Shown: in pieces, positions 8,740 to 17,628 of the stretch
How positions within the stretch are numbered: position 1 is the first letter of the stretch
How the letters are laid out: every line of letters starts with the position of its first letter
Virus record (IMG/VR): IMGVR_UViG_3300035395_000108
Location: 1 to 60,558 of that record
Reading direction: 5' to 3' (one strand)
DNA: 60,558 nucleotides
Source: a virus
Taxonomy: Duplodnaviria > Caudoviricetes
Position numbers and translations under genes: made by a program
Notes under the pieces: generated by a model
What the model saw: the letters and a program-made list of their open reading frames with translations, nothing else
What the model was told of the DNA's origin: nothing
The model's database searches: none

Positions 8740-9098
8740 CAGTAACATTGATGACATGGGAAACATCGCTTTTTCTACTAGCAGAAAGACTGCTAGCGAT
8801 AATTGAAACTACAACCACAGATGATACGGTATGGATGATTGATGAACACATCAGGGCACTGGCTGACGAATTAGAGATAGAAGAACTTGGAGTGCTGGAG
8901 CCTAATGTGGTTTCTATTAATGCTTTGCACACCAAGGTGGTAAGGCTAGTAGATGAGTTATCTAAATTAGCGAAACACAGTTCGGACCAACATAAACAAG
9001 CGGATGCTTGGGGAGAGGCCCAGCTGGCTTGCTTAGAGATTGTAGCGATTTGGGAAATTATATACAAACAGCATTGCGACGAGAAACTAAAACATTAA
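8736..9098 (+). CDS. Hypothetical helical protein
   Basis: GGAG RBS; ATGA overlap. Confidence 0.6.
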   Translation: MTVTLMTWETSLFLLAERLLAIIETTTTDDTVWMIDEHIRALADELEIEELGVLEPNVVSINALHTKVVRLVDELSKLAKHSSDQHKQADAWGEAQLACLEIVAIWEIIYKQHCDEKLKH

Positions 9099-9115
9099 AA
9101 CTAAGGAGTAACCAA

Positions 9116-9640
9116 ATGAAAGAATTTACAGACTTCGTATATTCTAGGTTAAATAAAGGACTAACGCCGGAGAAACTGTTCAAGCATAACAATCTACTGC
9201 TCGCCGTTTTAGGGCTAGCCGGGGAGTCTTTCGAGGCCATGAAGTGTATTACCGCTGAAGAACTAACTAGCGAACTAGGTGATGTATGCTTCTATATGGC
9301 CATTTTAAAGAGAGAACTAGGTTTGAATGAGTGGACTATCCCAACTATAACAGATAAAGTTAATTTTAACGCTGTCCGTGATTTATTGGACAGCTCCTTA
9401 GAGTTAGCCGAGTTAGTTAAGAAATATATATTCCAAGAGCGAATTGATTTACTCGAGAAAATAAAAGAAAGAGTGAATTATTTTGAAGCAGGGCTATTGA
9501 AAGTTTGTGATGAGTTGGATATTAGTATTCAGGATTGTAGAACTGCATGCGTTGAGAAGTTAACCCATAGGTATCCAGTAATGTTCACCCCAGAGTTAAG
9601 TAAAAATCGGGAGGTAACAGATGGAAATGAGAATATATAG
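9116..9640 (+). CDS. mazG: MazG-like nucleotide pyrophosphohydrolase
   Basis: LGLAGESFE...ELGDVCFY motif; EKLTHRYP; start reassigned to ATG 9116 after AAGGAG. Confidence 0.8.
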   Translation: MKEFTDFVYSRLNKGLTPEKLFKHNNLLLAVLGLAGESFEAMKCITAEELTSELGDVCFYMAILKRELGLNEWTIPTITDKVNFNAVRDLLDSSLELAELVKKYIFQERIDLLEKIKERVNYFEAGLLKVCDELDISIQDCRTACVEKLTHRYPVMFTPELSKNREVTDGNENI

Positions 9641-9887
9641 AGTCAGAGAACCAGAGCAGCTGGTTGTAAATCTAGTAGAAGGCGAAGAAAACTTTGTTGC
9701 CCTAGAAGAGCACATAAAAAATAACGGGTATACATACAAGTACATCACATTGACACTCCAGGATATTAGCTGGCTTGTTAGTGTAGATAAAAGACTATTG
9801 ACAGCCTTATGGAATAAAAAAACCGGTGAGTTTCTGGATAAGCCAGATTCATTAGAGTTCGATGGGAGGATAACAGGTGAAAGTTAA
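9621..9887 (+). CDS. Hypothetical protein
   Basis: GGGAGG RBS. Confidence 0.65.
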   Translation: MEMRIYRVREPEQLVVNLVEGEENFVALEEHIKNNGYTYKYITLTLQDISWLVSVDKRLLTALWNKKTGEFLDKPDSLEFDGRITGES

Positions 9888-10413
9888 AGTACTCAACACA
9901 TGCGGTATAAATGAAAGTTTACTCGGTATCTCACTAAACAAGCTACAACCTTTCAACAAGATGTTAGGTGTTGCTGATAAACTTGCACAGGCAAAGGAGG
10001 GCTCACATAAAAAGTTTTTAAGGATGATTCAAGTGTGGCTAGAGGTAACTGCTCCAATGTATTGGTGGACTGAGTTTGACACATATAAAGTAGGGGTTAC
10101 CCGCAATTCTTCTAGCATCATGCACAAACCAGTAGAGCATATGGAATTTGACCCTCGGACTGAACCAGCAATAATTGAAAGCTATAAAAGGTTATTAGCG
10201 ATGTATGAATCAGGCGAAATTAGTATCAATACTGTTAAAGCTAATACCCCGGCTGGTGTGCTGTACACTAGTGTTATTAATCTGAACTATCAGACATTAC
10301 AAACTATCTATAAAGACAGAAAGAACCATCGGCTTGATGAATGGCGTGATTTTTGCCGTGTGTTACAAACGCTTCCTTACAGTCACTGGATAACTAATGA
10401 AAAACAGGAGTAA
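9877..10413 (+). CDS. thyX: ThyX-like (flavin-dependent thymidylate synthase fold) protein
   Basis: HKKFLRMI.V...VTAPMYWWTEFDTYKVG..NSSSIMHK and NYQTL..IY.DRKNHRL.EW..FC are typical of phage ThyX-like proteins. Confidence 0.7.
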   Translation: MKVKVLNTCGINESLLGISLNKLQPFNKMLGVADKLAQAKEGSHKKFLRMIQVWLEVTAPMYWWTEFDTYKVGVTRNSSSIMHKPVEHMEFDPRTEPAIIESYKRLLAMYESGEISINTVKANTPAGVLYTSVINLNYQTLQTIYKDRKNHRLDEWRDFCRVLQTLPYSHWITNEKQE

Positions 10414-10418
10414 AAACA

Positions 10419-10691
10419 ATGGGGTGGGATATAAAGCTTAGTGCTAGAAAAGGAAACCATGAAGAGGTTTTCATTGATTACGGAAGAATAGGTTATGTAT
10501 CGGATATCAGGGAGTTTTTCGGTAGATTCAATAATTGCGAAGAGCATGAATTGAATAGCAAACAGATAAAAGAGTTATTGGATATAGTATATCCAAATAT
10601 CTCAGAGCTATCCGATAGTTGGAAGGACCTGTTTATATTGCCTTTTATGTTAAAAGACGGCTACAAAGTGTTTGTAGAGAACAGCTATTAG
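10419..10691 (+). CDS. Hypothetical protein
   Basis: AGGAG RBS. Confidence 0.65.
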   Translation: MGWDIKLSARKGNHEEVFIDYGRIGYVSDIREFFGRFNNCEEHELNSKQIKELLDIVYPNISELSDSWKDLFILPFMLKDGYKVFVENSY

Positions 10692-10706
10692 AAAGGATCG
10701 GTTGAC

Positions 10707-11042
10707 ATGGTTTTTAGTGATTTGGCTGACGAATATATCAGTCTAGTGATATTATTATATCTACACTATGCAAGTGAAAAAGTACACGAGAGTTGGCTAA
10801 AATGGCGTGAGCCTAAAGCCCATATAGACCTCCGTGAAATCAGGTTCGAAGTCAATTATGGGTTAACTATATTTAACCCAGAGACTGCGATGGGTAGAAT
10901 ACCAGACATCATATACAGGTGTATGCAACACCCATGGACTGCTGATGTGTACGACTACATCAAGGAACAGTTAAACAACAACCACCACGTACAAGTATGT
11001 GGATTTGTAAATCAGAAGAAAGGAGTTAACAATGCAGGGTGA
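10707..11042 (+). CDS. Hypothetical protein
   Basis: GAAAGGA RBS. Confidence 0.6.
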   Translation: MVFSDLADEYISLVILLYLHYASEKVHESWLKWREPKAHIDLREIRFEVNYGLTIFNPETAMGRIPDIIYRCMQHPWTADVYDYIKEQLNNNHHVQVCGFVNQKKGVNNAG

Positions 11043-11535
11043 TTGGTCTTATTGGAACAGTTTAGCTTTAAAAATGGCAGATGAAGAAGAGGCTAAGAAG
11101 AAGCAAGCAATAGAAGATGAGAAGGCATTAAAAGAAGCCTTAACTATTGACGTGAATAAGGTTACCGATAAAAGGCAAGCCAGACAACTGAAACCACAAT
11201 TTTCTGTTAACAGCGAACCTGTGTTCCCTGTTTTAGAGGAAGTGTTAAAAGAGTTCAGTTATTCGGAAACTATCGAACTAGTGCGGACCAGAATGATTTT
11301 AGGCCTAGAACGCTATGGACAAGAATTGCATAGCTTCAATGGCAGAGATTGTAAACTGGACGCTATAGAGGAGATACTTGACTGTATGCAGTACGTTACA
11401 CAACAGTACATGGAGCAGACGGCCAGTGATTTGCTAACTCACTCAGACAAGGCAAGGATAAAGTATACTTATAAGAAAACGATTAATCTCTTATTAGAAG
11501 TGCTTTTCAATGTAGAAGATAACTTACAAACTTAG
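11032..11535 (+). CDS. All-alpha NTP pyrophosphohydrolase-like protein
   Basis: GLERYGQEL..FNGRD...DAIEEILDCMQY; EExxD metal motif. Confidence 0.6.
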   Translation: MQGDWSYWNSLALKMADEEEAKKKQAIEDEKALKEALTIDVNKVTDKRQARQLKPQFSVNSEPVFPVLEEVLKEFSYSETIELVRTRMILGLERYGQELHSFNGRDCKLDAIEEILDCMQYVTQQYMEQTASDLLTHSDKARIKYTYKKTINLLLEVLFNVEDNLQT

Positions 11536-11540
11536 CCAAG

Positions 11541-11570
11541 TTGACAGCTAGCACATAGATGTGCTATCTT
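11541..11570 (+). promoter_or_regulatory. Promoter with a palindromic spacer
   Basis: TTGACA-18-TATCTT with TGn extension; TAGCACAT-AG-ATGTGCTA dyad at 11549-11566. Confidence 0.7.
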
Positions 11571-11576
11571 TTAATA

Positions 11577-11653
11577 GCAGTCACTAGTATAATCGGTTAG
11601 TACGCCTCAGTAACGCTGGCTGGGGAGGTTCTGTTCAAGTCAGAGAAGACTGC
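11577..11653 (+). ncRNA. tRNA-like element or pseudo-tRNA with a non-canonical anticodon arm
   Basis: GCAGTC/GACTGC acceptor; TA-GTAT-AATCGGTTA-GTAC D-arm; TTCTG-TTCAAGT-CAGAG T-arm; CCTCAG/CTGGGG stem with a 9-nt loop; no CCA. Confidence 0.65.
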
Positions 11654-11682
11654 TCTTATTTAAAATGAAAGGAAAATGTAAA

Positions 11683-12816
11683 ATGAGTAAATTAAAACCA
11701 AGCTGGTATCAGTTAGTAAACCTAGATGGCGAGATTGGCTGTATTGCATACAATGCAAGTGCTAAATTGTATAGGAAATGGCTACCAAATAAAGCAATTA
11801 GTTTGAGTAAATATCTGACTGAGCTAGGTGAAAACAATATTCACGTAGCTACCGTAACACCAGCTGATTACAACAAACTACCTACTGAAGCAGAATATAA
11901 TAGAGAAGACAAAAAGGAAGATGAAGACGGAGTCAAGCCTGTTACTGATGAAATAAGAATCAGCCCAAACCAATCAGAGCGAGCGGGAACAGTAAACAGG
12001 GTTGTTCTTCACAACACGGCTAGCTCTTACGAATCCGCCGTTAGTTGGCTATGTAACCCGACTGCCCAGGCTTCGGCTCACCTAGTTATCGGTAGAGACG
12101 GTAAGGTTTGCCGAATGGTTGATGACAATTTTGCAGCCTGGCATGCGGGGAACCGCACGGTCAACCACCAAAGTATTGGCATAGAGATAGTCGCAACCAA
12201 TGAAGAGCGGGGAATGACTGCTGCTCAGGAAGCACAAGTTATCGCATGGGTTAAACATTTTGCTGGGAAGTACAATATAAAAGCTGACAATATTGTAGGC
12301 CATAGGACAATTGTTAACACAAGCTGTCCAGTGTTAATTTGGGAAACTGAAGCCGACTTGAGAAGCTGGGTTAACGCAAAAATAGCTGGCAAAAAAGAAG
12401 ACGACAAAAAAGAAACTCCAATAACTGGTGTGTTAAAGTATGCGAGAGACAAGGATTTACAGATAACTGCCAACTTCAACACTAGCGAGTTACAATGCAA
12501 ATGCGGTGTGTGCGACGTTCAGTTACTTGACGCTGAACTAGTAAACAAATTACAGGCACTTAGAGATAGAATTGGGCAGCCGATTACAGTGACTAGTTGT
12601 TACTGCTGTCCAGCACATAACACCAAAATTGGTGGTGCTGTTAATAGCTATCACACAAAGGGGTTAGCAGCTGATATTTATGTTGACGGCATGACTGTCG
12701 AGCAGTTAGCTAAACACGCAGTAATGGTGGGGTTTACCGGAATAGGTAGTTATTACAGAAGTGGCTTTGTACATGTTAGTGTTAAATCTAACGAAGGCGA
12801 TTTTGTGGGAGATTAA
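11683..12816 (+). CDS. Endolysin: Amidase_2 N-acetylmuramoyl-L-alanine amidase plus C-terminal peptidase M15-like domain
   Basis: VVLHNT, SAHLVIG, AWHAG, SIGIE, GHR..SCP; then QCKCG...SYHTKGLAADI...FVHV. Confidence 0.85.
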   Translation: MSKLKPSWYQLVNLDGEIGCIAYNASAKLYRKWLPNKAISLSKYLTELGENNIHVATVTPADYNKLPTEAEYNREDKKEDEDGVKPVTDEIRISPNQSERAGTVNRVVLHNTASSYESAVSWLCNPTAQASAHLVIGRDGKVCRMVDDNFAAWHAGNRTVNHQSIGIEIVATNEERGMTAAQEAQVIAWVKHFAGKYNIKADNIVGHRTIVNTSCPVLIWETEADLRSWVNAKIAGKKEDDKKETPITGVLKYARDKDLQITANFNTSELQCKCGVCDVQLLDAELVNKLQALRDRIGQPITVTSCYCCPAHNTKIGGAVNSYHTKGLAADIYVDGMTVEQLAKHAVMVGFTGIGSYYRSGFVHVSVKSNEGDFVGD

Positions 12817-12819
12817 CTG

Positions 12820-12848
12820 TTGACAGGGTTAATGTACTATGGCATACT
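12820..12848 (+). promoter_or_regulatory. Sigma70-type promoter upstream of the DNA polymerase
   Basis: TTGACA-17-CATACT with TGn extension. Confidence 0.65.
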
Positions 12849-12903
12849 AAAGGAAGACTGATTTGAAGACTCCTTTTTCATAAAAAGAAGTAAATTGCTA
12901 TAT

Positions 12904-12934
12904 GAAGGCCGGCTAATTGCCTGGTCTTCTTTTT
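12904..12934 (+). terminator. Intrinsic terminator or attenuator just before the polymerase RBS
   Basis: GAAGGCCGGC-TAATT-GCCTGGTCTTC followed by TTTTT. Confidence 0.65.
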
Positions 12935-12951
12935 ATTGGGGTAAATTATTT

Positions 12952-15153
12952 ATGGAATGCGTATATATAGATTTTGAGTACTACAACTCAAACGAACAGT
13001 ATTTGAACCTCGTTTGCTGTAGCATTCTAATAGACGACAATACAGAGAGTTACTGGTTGCTGGATGATAGCGAAAGTGAACTATTAAAGAAAAGAATACT
13101 CGAGTTGCAGGAAAATAGAACTTTCGTGTGTTACGCCGCCACCGCTGAGGGACGCTCCATACATACTTTATTTATGGGTGATATAGATTTATATGCTTTC
13201 AATGTCATAGATTTGCATCTGGAATATAAGGGGGTTATCAACCATAGTGAATTCTCATACGGAGCCCAGCTCATAGACGGAAAAATTAAATTCACAGAGC
13301 CCAAATTATCTAAACTGGAGTTGGAGAATGGCGAGGAGCAGGAATACAGCTCTGATAAAGCTCCAAGTTCGCTAGCCTCCGCTGTATTTAAAATGCTTGG
13401 CAAGCAGATTGATACTCAGCATAAAACAAATATGAGAGATATAATCCTATCTAAAGATAACAAGTTAATAGAAGCAAACCGTAAGTTTATCCAAGAATAC
13501 TGTGATAGCGATGTTAAATACTTGCCAACGTTAACTAGTAAAATATTAGATTTCAATAGAGGGTTAATAGTAAAAAGTTTGCACTATAAACACGAAGACT
13601 ACATAAAGTCCGTGCTAACTAGAGGAACGTTAACCTTTGCTAGTTGTACATTAATTGAACATCTTGGAATCCCAATTATGTATGATGAGCTGAAGAATCT
13701 GTCAGAAAACATAGAAAAGATTTATGCAGACACTTATGCGGATGCCTCACTTAAGATACTCCAGGAACATAAGTTCACCCCATTCTATTATTCAGCTAAG
13801 GAGAGGCGATGGAAAACATCTGAAAAATCTTTACGCTCATTTATAGGTAGCCTCAGTCAAGCTGATAAATGGAAGAAAACTGATAACAATGATTTTAGTC
13901 TCTCAGGTGAGGCGTTCGAACAGTTTTGTTCAGACAGACATGTTTACCAGGACAATTTGATATCTCAGATGTGTAGGATAAATCAACTCAAAACTTCGCT
14001 TAACTCAATGCGAGTTACTGAAGGTAAGCGGAATTTCTTTGATGCTATCGGAACAGATAAAAGGTCCCGGCCTTATCTGAATCCAATCGGTACGCAATCA
14101 ACCAGATTCGCACCTCCTGCGACAACATTTTTATTTGCTAAAAGTGCTTGGCTAAGGAGTCTTTGCAACACAAGTGATAGGAAAACTATCATTGTAGGTA
14201 TGGATTATAGTCAACAAGAGTTTTTGTTAGCAGCTGTTTTGTCAGGTGACAAGAATATGATTAAAGCATACCTTTCTGGAGATGTTTATTTAGAGACCGC
14301 TAAACTAGCGAAGGCGGTTCCTGCCGATGCAACTAAGGCAAAGTACCCATTACAACGCCAACTGTTTAAATCTGCTGTTCTCGGTATCAGTTTCTCTATG
14401 ACAAAACATGGATTAGCTGATGAAATAGAACCATATATCCTAACGCAAGAGGAGAGGAATGTATTTGGCCCTAAGTGCAAGTTCAAAAGTAAAAAAGATT
14501 TGAGAGAGTTTACTCTAGCCGAGGCTGACAAATTGATAGATTTGTTCTGGAAAGCATACCCAGTTTACAAAGATTTTGCAGATGAAATATATCCTGAGTA
14601 CTCAGAGAACGAGGGGTTGGCTATCCCGATGTCACTGTTCCCTATGCACGGGTTAAATAAAAACAGACGGTCTGTTGGTAATGTGAAGATACAGGGAAGC
14701 GGGGCAGCAATCTTAATGAAACTACTCGAACTACTACAAAAGTGGAGTCTGAGTAAGTATGGCAAACCTTGCGTGATTGCACCTTTGCATGATGCTTGTT
14801 ACCTAGAGATTCCATACAGTGATTTTGATACCCTAACAAAAGATTTGGTAGACATAAAATCATGTTTTGAGAATGCTTACTCTGTGTGGGCGAAGGTTGC
14901 GGGCAAAATGAAATCAGAACCCCCAATGATTAGGGTTGGAGGGGAAGTATGGGCGAACTGGATTAATCCAGAAAACATGAGTGAGGTACCCCTAAAGGAA
15001 GTCAGTAAAGGGCTGTATGAAGGTGAACTGGAGGTCAATGGCATGGGTGTAGCAGTTAACACCATACATAGAGATGAACGCATATCAATAGCCGACTTTC
15101 TTAACTATCAGGCGTATTTAATGCCGAATAATCAATGCAATAACGGATTCTAA
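12952..15153 (+). CDS. polA: Family A DNA polymerase with 3'-5' exonuclease
   Basis: Exo I IDFEY; Exo III YCDSDV; motif A MDYSQQE; motif B RQLFKSAVLGISF; motif C LHDA; start likely ATG 12952. Confidence 0.92.
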   Translation: MECVYIDFEYYNSNEQYLNLVCCSILIDDNTESYWLLDDSESELLKKRILELQENRTFVCYAATAEGRSIHTLFMGDIDLYAFNVIDLHLEYKGVINHSEFSYGAQLIDGKIKFTEPKLSKLELENGEEQEYSSDKAPSSLASAVFKMLGKQIDTQHKTNMRDIILSKDNKLIEANRKFIQEYCDSDVKYLPTLTSKILDFNRGLIVKSLHYKHEDYIKSVLTRGTLTFASCTLIEHLGIPIMYDELKNLSENIEKIYADTYADASLKILQEHKFTPFYYSAKERRWKTSEKSLRSFIGSLSQADKWKKTDNNDFSLSGEAFEQFCSDRHVYQDNLISQMCRINQLKTSLNSMRVTEGKRNFFDAIGTDKRSRPYLNPIGTQSTRFAPPATTFLFAKSAWLRSLCNTSDRKTIIVGMDYSQQEFLLAAVLSGDKNMIKAYLSGDVYLETAKLAKAVPADATKAKYPLQRQLFKSAVLGISFSMTKHGLADEIEPYILTQEERNVFGPKCKFKSKKDLREFTLAEADKLIDLFWKAYPVYKDFADEIYPEYSENEGLAIPMSLFPMHGLNKNRRSVGNVKIQGSGAAILMKLLELLQKWSLSKYGKPCVIAPLHDACYLEIPYSDFDTLTKDLVDIKSCFENAYSVWAKVAGKMKSEPPMIRVGGEVWANWINPENMSEVPLKEVSKGLYEGELEVNGMGVAVNTIHRDERISIADFLNYQAYLMPNNQCNNGF

Positions 15154-15173
15154 AAATAAATTAAGAATACATG

Positions 15174-15203
15174 TTGACAGGTCAATGTAGGGTGTGGTAC
15201 TAT
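15174..15203 (+). promoter_or_regulatory. Sigma70-type promoter
   Basis: TTGACA-18-TACTAT with TGTG extension; TTGAC-AG-GTCAA dyad over the -35 box. Confidence 0.7.
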
Positions 15204-15244
15204 ATATTTGTGGTCAACATTAACATATATACGAAAGGTAACGT

Positions 15245-15760
15245 ATGATACTTACTAGCAACTCTAATTTAACTTTAATCGTTCCCTCTGAAAAAGATGG
15301 AGAGCGTTTCTCTACAGGCAAAACCATTTCAGGGTTTTTCATGGGCAAAGGCGAAATAAAAGCCAAGAAAGAAAAACCTACTGATGCAGATGAATATAGA
15401 GTAATCTTTAAATTTAAATCTATTGGTGGAGACGGATTCAGAGAGGGCGAGGAGTTCGCCGTATTCTCTACAGGACTTTTGAAATGGCAGATGGATATTG
15501 GGGTTCCGAACCTATGTAAGAGAGCAGGAGTTGAAATGCCTGAGAAACCTTTCCTTACTCTAATAAACGAGGGTAAGAAAAAAGTTAAAGGATTTTATAC
15601 TTGGAAAATAGAGTTTGAACTTGATTTGGATAAGAAAATAGAGGATTACTTTGGATACACGGATGTCCAAGAATCTGCTGTAGATGCTAGCGAGCCTCAC
15701 GAGAGCAACAAAGATAACTGGGAGTCTTCAGAATCTGAGGGAGATAACTGTGAGTTCTAA
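15245..15760 (+). CDS. Probable single-stranded DNA-binding protein
   Basis: Beta-rich and aromatic; acidic tail ending in F; lies between the polymerase and the nuclease. Confidence 0.55.
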   Translation: MILTSNSNLTLIVPSEKDGERFSTGKTISGFFMGKGEIKAKKEKPTDADEYRVIFKFKSIGGDGFREGEEFAVFSTGLLKWQMDIGVPNLCKRAGVEMPEKPFLTLINEGKKKVKGFYTWKIEFELDLDKKIEDYFGYTDVQESAVDASEPHESNKDNWESSESEGDNCEF

Positions 15761-16736
15761 TCAATGGATTCCTACAAGTGTTTCAGCTAGAGATACTTAT
15801 AATACTTGTGCAAAAAAATGGTTTCTGAAATACAGGACAGATGTTCCTGCTATTTCTGGGGACAAGAAAGCTTTACACATAGGTTCGTGGGTACACAAAT
15901 GCTTAGAGCTTTGGTACTCCAAAGAAACTTCAGATGAACAAAAAGCTTCCTGGAAAGAACAGCCACTGCAATTGGTGGCTAAGGCTATCAATGAAGTGGT
16001 TAAGGAATCAGAGATTAAAGAGAAAAAACCTTTTACTTGGGAGTATGGAATCCAAGAAGAGGCTATCGTGTTCACCTGTTTTCTAAACCTAGTTGATGCG
16101 ATGGAAGAGTTAAACGTGGAAGTTCTCAAAACTGAGGGTGTGGTTAGGGTTGAAAACTGGTTTACAGGTGTTGTCGATGTTCTAGCAAGAATAAAGGGAA
16201 CCAACCATTATTTGATTATTGATTACAAAAATCAAGCTGGCTATGAGGAGCTTGATAACAATATATTCGACACTCAAATTAGGATGTATGAATCAATATT
16301 CGATACACTAACTGAGGATATCCAGGGAGAGAAAACTTTATTGGGTGTTATCAAACTGGTTGCCAAAAAGCCTACCGTAAAATTTAGAGCTAAGGGCAAA
16401 CAAGATGAGACCTTTGAAGAATACAGGGAGAGAGCCGAGGCTTCAGTTCAACTATTGTTTGTTAAGGCAGACAAGAGTAAGGCAGAAGAGGTTGCGAGTG
16501 TTCATAGAGATATTAACAAAAAGTTAAATACTCTACTTGATATTAGTGACTACCCATGTAATCGTAAGAATTGCATAGGCAAATACGGTCCCTGTGATTT
16601 TTTTGAATACTGTAACCCGCCATCTGATGCAGATGCAGGATTCAGTTTGATAGGTAAAGAAATAAAGCTATCTAAGAAAATATTCGGCGAGATAGCAAAA
16701 AAATTAACTACAGAAATCGAATATAGCGGTTTCTAA
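15750..16736 (+). CDS. Cas4/RecB-like PD-(D/E)XK exonuclease
   Basis: SVS....YNTCAKKW; GVVDV...IIDYK; C-terminal Cys cluster C..KNC...PCDFFEYC; GTG start after GAGGGAG. Confidence 0.85.
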   Translation: MSSNQWIPTSVSARDTYNTCAKKWFLKYRTDVPAISGDKKALHIGSWVHKCLELWYSKETSDEQKASWKEQPLQLVAKAINEVVKESEIKEKKPFTWEYGIQEEAIVFTCFLNLVDAMEELNVEVLKTEGVVRVENWFTGVVDVLARIKGTNHYLIIDYKNQAGYEELDNNIFDTQIRMYESIFDTLTEDIQGEKTLLGVIKLVAKKPTVKFRAKGKQDETFEEYRERAEASVQLLFVKADKSKAEEVASVHRDINKKLNTLLDISDYPCNRKNCIGKYGPCDFFEYCNPPSDADAGFSLIGKEIKLSKKIFGEIAKKLTTEIEYSGF

Positions 16737-16756
16737 TTTAAACTTTAGGAGTTATT

Positions 16757-17614
16757 ATGCGTACTACTATTTTACATGCACACTCAGTGCACAATGATTT
16801 AAACTTAATTTCTTGCAGACTTCAAATTGAACATGAAGGTATCCAAGAAGATTTTCAATTCTATACTTCATTGGAAGCTGTTAAGGCAAACCCAATGAGC
16901 CTAGAGTCTTTCATTAATGACTGTAAAGCTAAAGCTAAGGCATCTATAATTGCAACTGCTCCAATTGCTCCAGTTGTTACTGCTCCGGTTGCTTCAAAGA
17001 GAACAAAGGCTAAAGCAGAGCCAGTTGTGGAAACAGTTGCTCCAGTTGCTGAGGTTGCTGTTGAGGCTCCAATGGAAACTTTCAGTGAGCCAGCTGTAGA
17101 GATTGCTTCAGAACCAGTTGTTGAAAGCATTGATGCAACTATTGACGGATTCATCAAGAGAAGGTTTAAGACAAAGAAAGATTTAGTTGGTGTTTACGGT
17201 TCTACTATAGTTGAGAAGATTAAAGATAAATTTAAGGATACCAAGGTTGTTTTTGATAAAGAGATTGAAGCTTTCTTAGAAACAGTTTTAGCTACAAAAG
17301 AAGCAGTGAAAGAAGAGAAAGTTGAGGAGTTGCTTTTAAAGAAACCTCAAACAACACCAATGTTAGAAGATATCCAAAGAAACTTCTTGCAGGCCACATA
17401 CAACAAAATGCTTGCAATGGAAAAATTTGAGTACTTAAAAAACACATATCACGCTGGAATGTGTCTTAAGGATTTACTAGAGTATAAGTTACCAGTTAAA
17501 GTTGCTAAGAGAATTGGCTCAGGTGAATATCAAATCCACGAAACTTTAGAGTCTTGCTTTTTGGGAGTGTTCGAGGCAAGAGCTCTTGAGTACCCAAGGT
17601 CAGAGGTTTTTTAA
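16757..17614 (+). CDS. Hypothetical protein with an Ala/Pro/Val/Glu-rich linker
   Basis: AGGAG RBS; codon bias suggesting high expression. Confidence 0.7.
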   Translation: MRTTILHAHSVHNDLNLISCRLQIEHEGIQEDFQFYTSLEAVKANPMSLESFINDCKAKAKASIIATAPIAPVVTAPVASKRTKAKAEPVVETVAPVAEVAVEAPMETFSEPAVEIASEPVVESIDATIDGFIKRRFKTKKDLVGVYGSTIVEKIKDKFKDTKVVFDKEIEAFLETVLATKEAVKEEKVEELLLKKPQTTPMLEDIQRNFLQATYNKMLAMEKFEYLKNTYHAGMCLKDLLEYKLPVKVAKRIGSGEYQIHETLESCFLGVFEARALEYPRSEVF

Positions 17615-17628
17615 CAAACCTTGATTCT

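Noticed and set aside
11577-11653. tRNA-like element as a UGA suppressor or tRNA-Sec for the tail spike stop
   Set aside because: Its TCA lies in the stem, not at the anticodon position, and there is no long variable arm.
15750-16736. Cas4-like gene as part of a CRISPR system
   Set aside because: No repeat-spacer array or other cas genes were seen; solo Cas4-like nucleases are common in phage replication modules.
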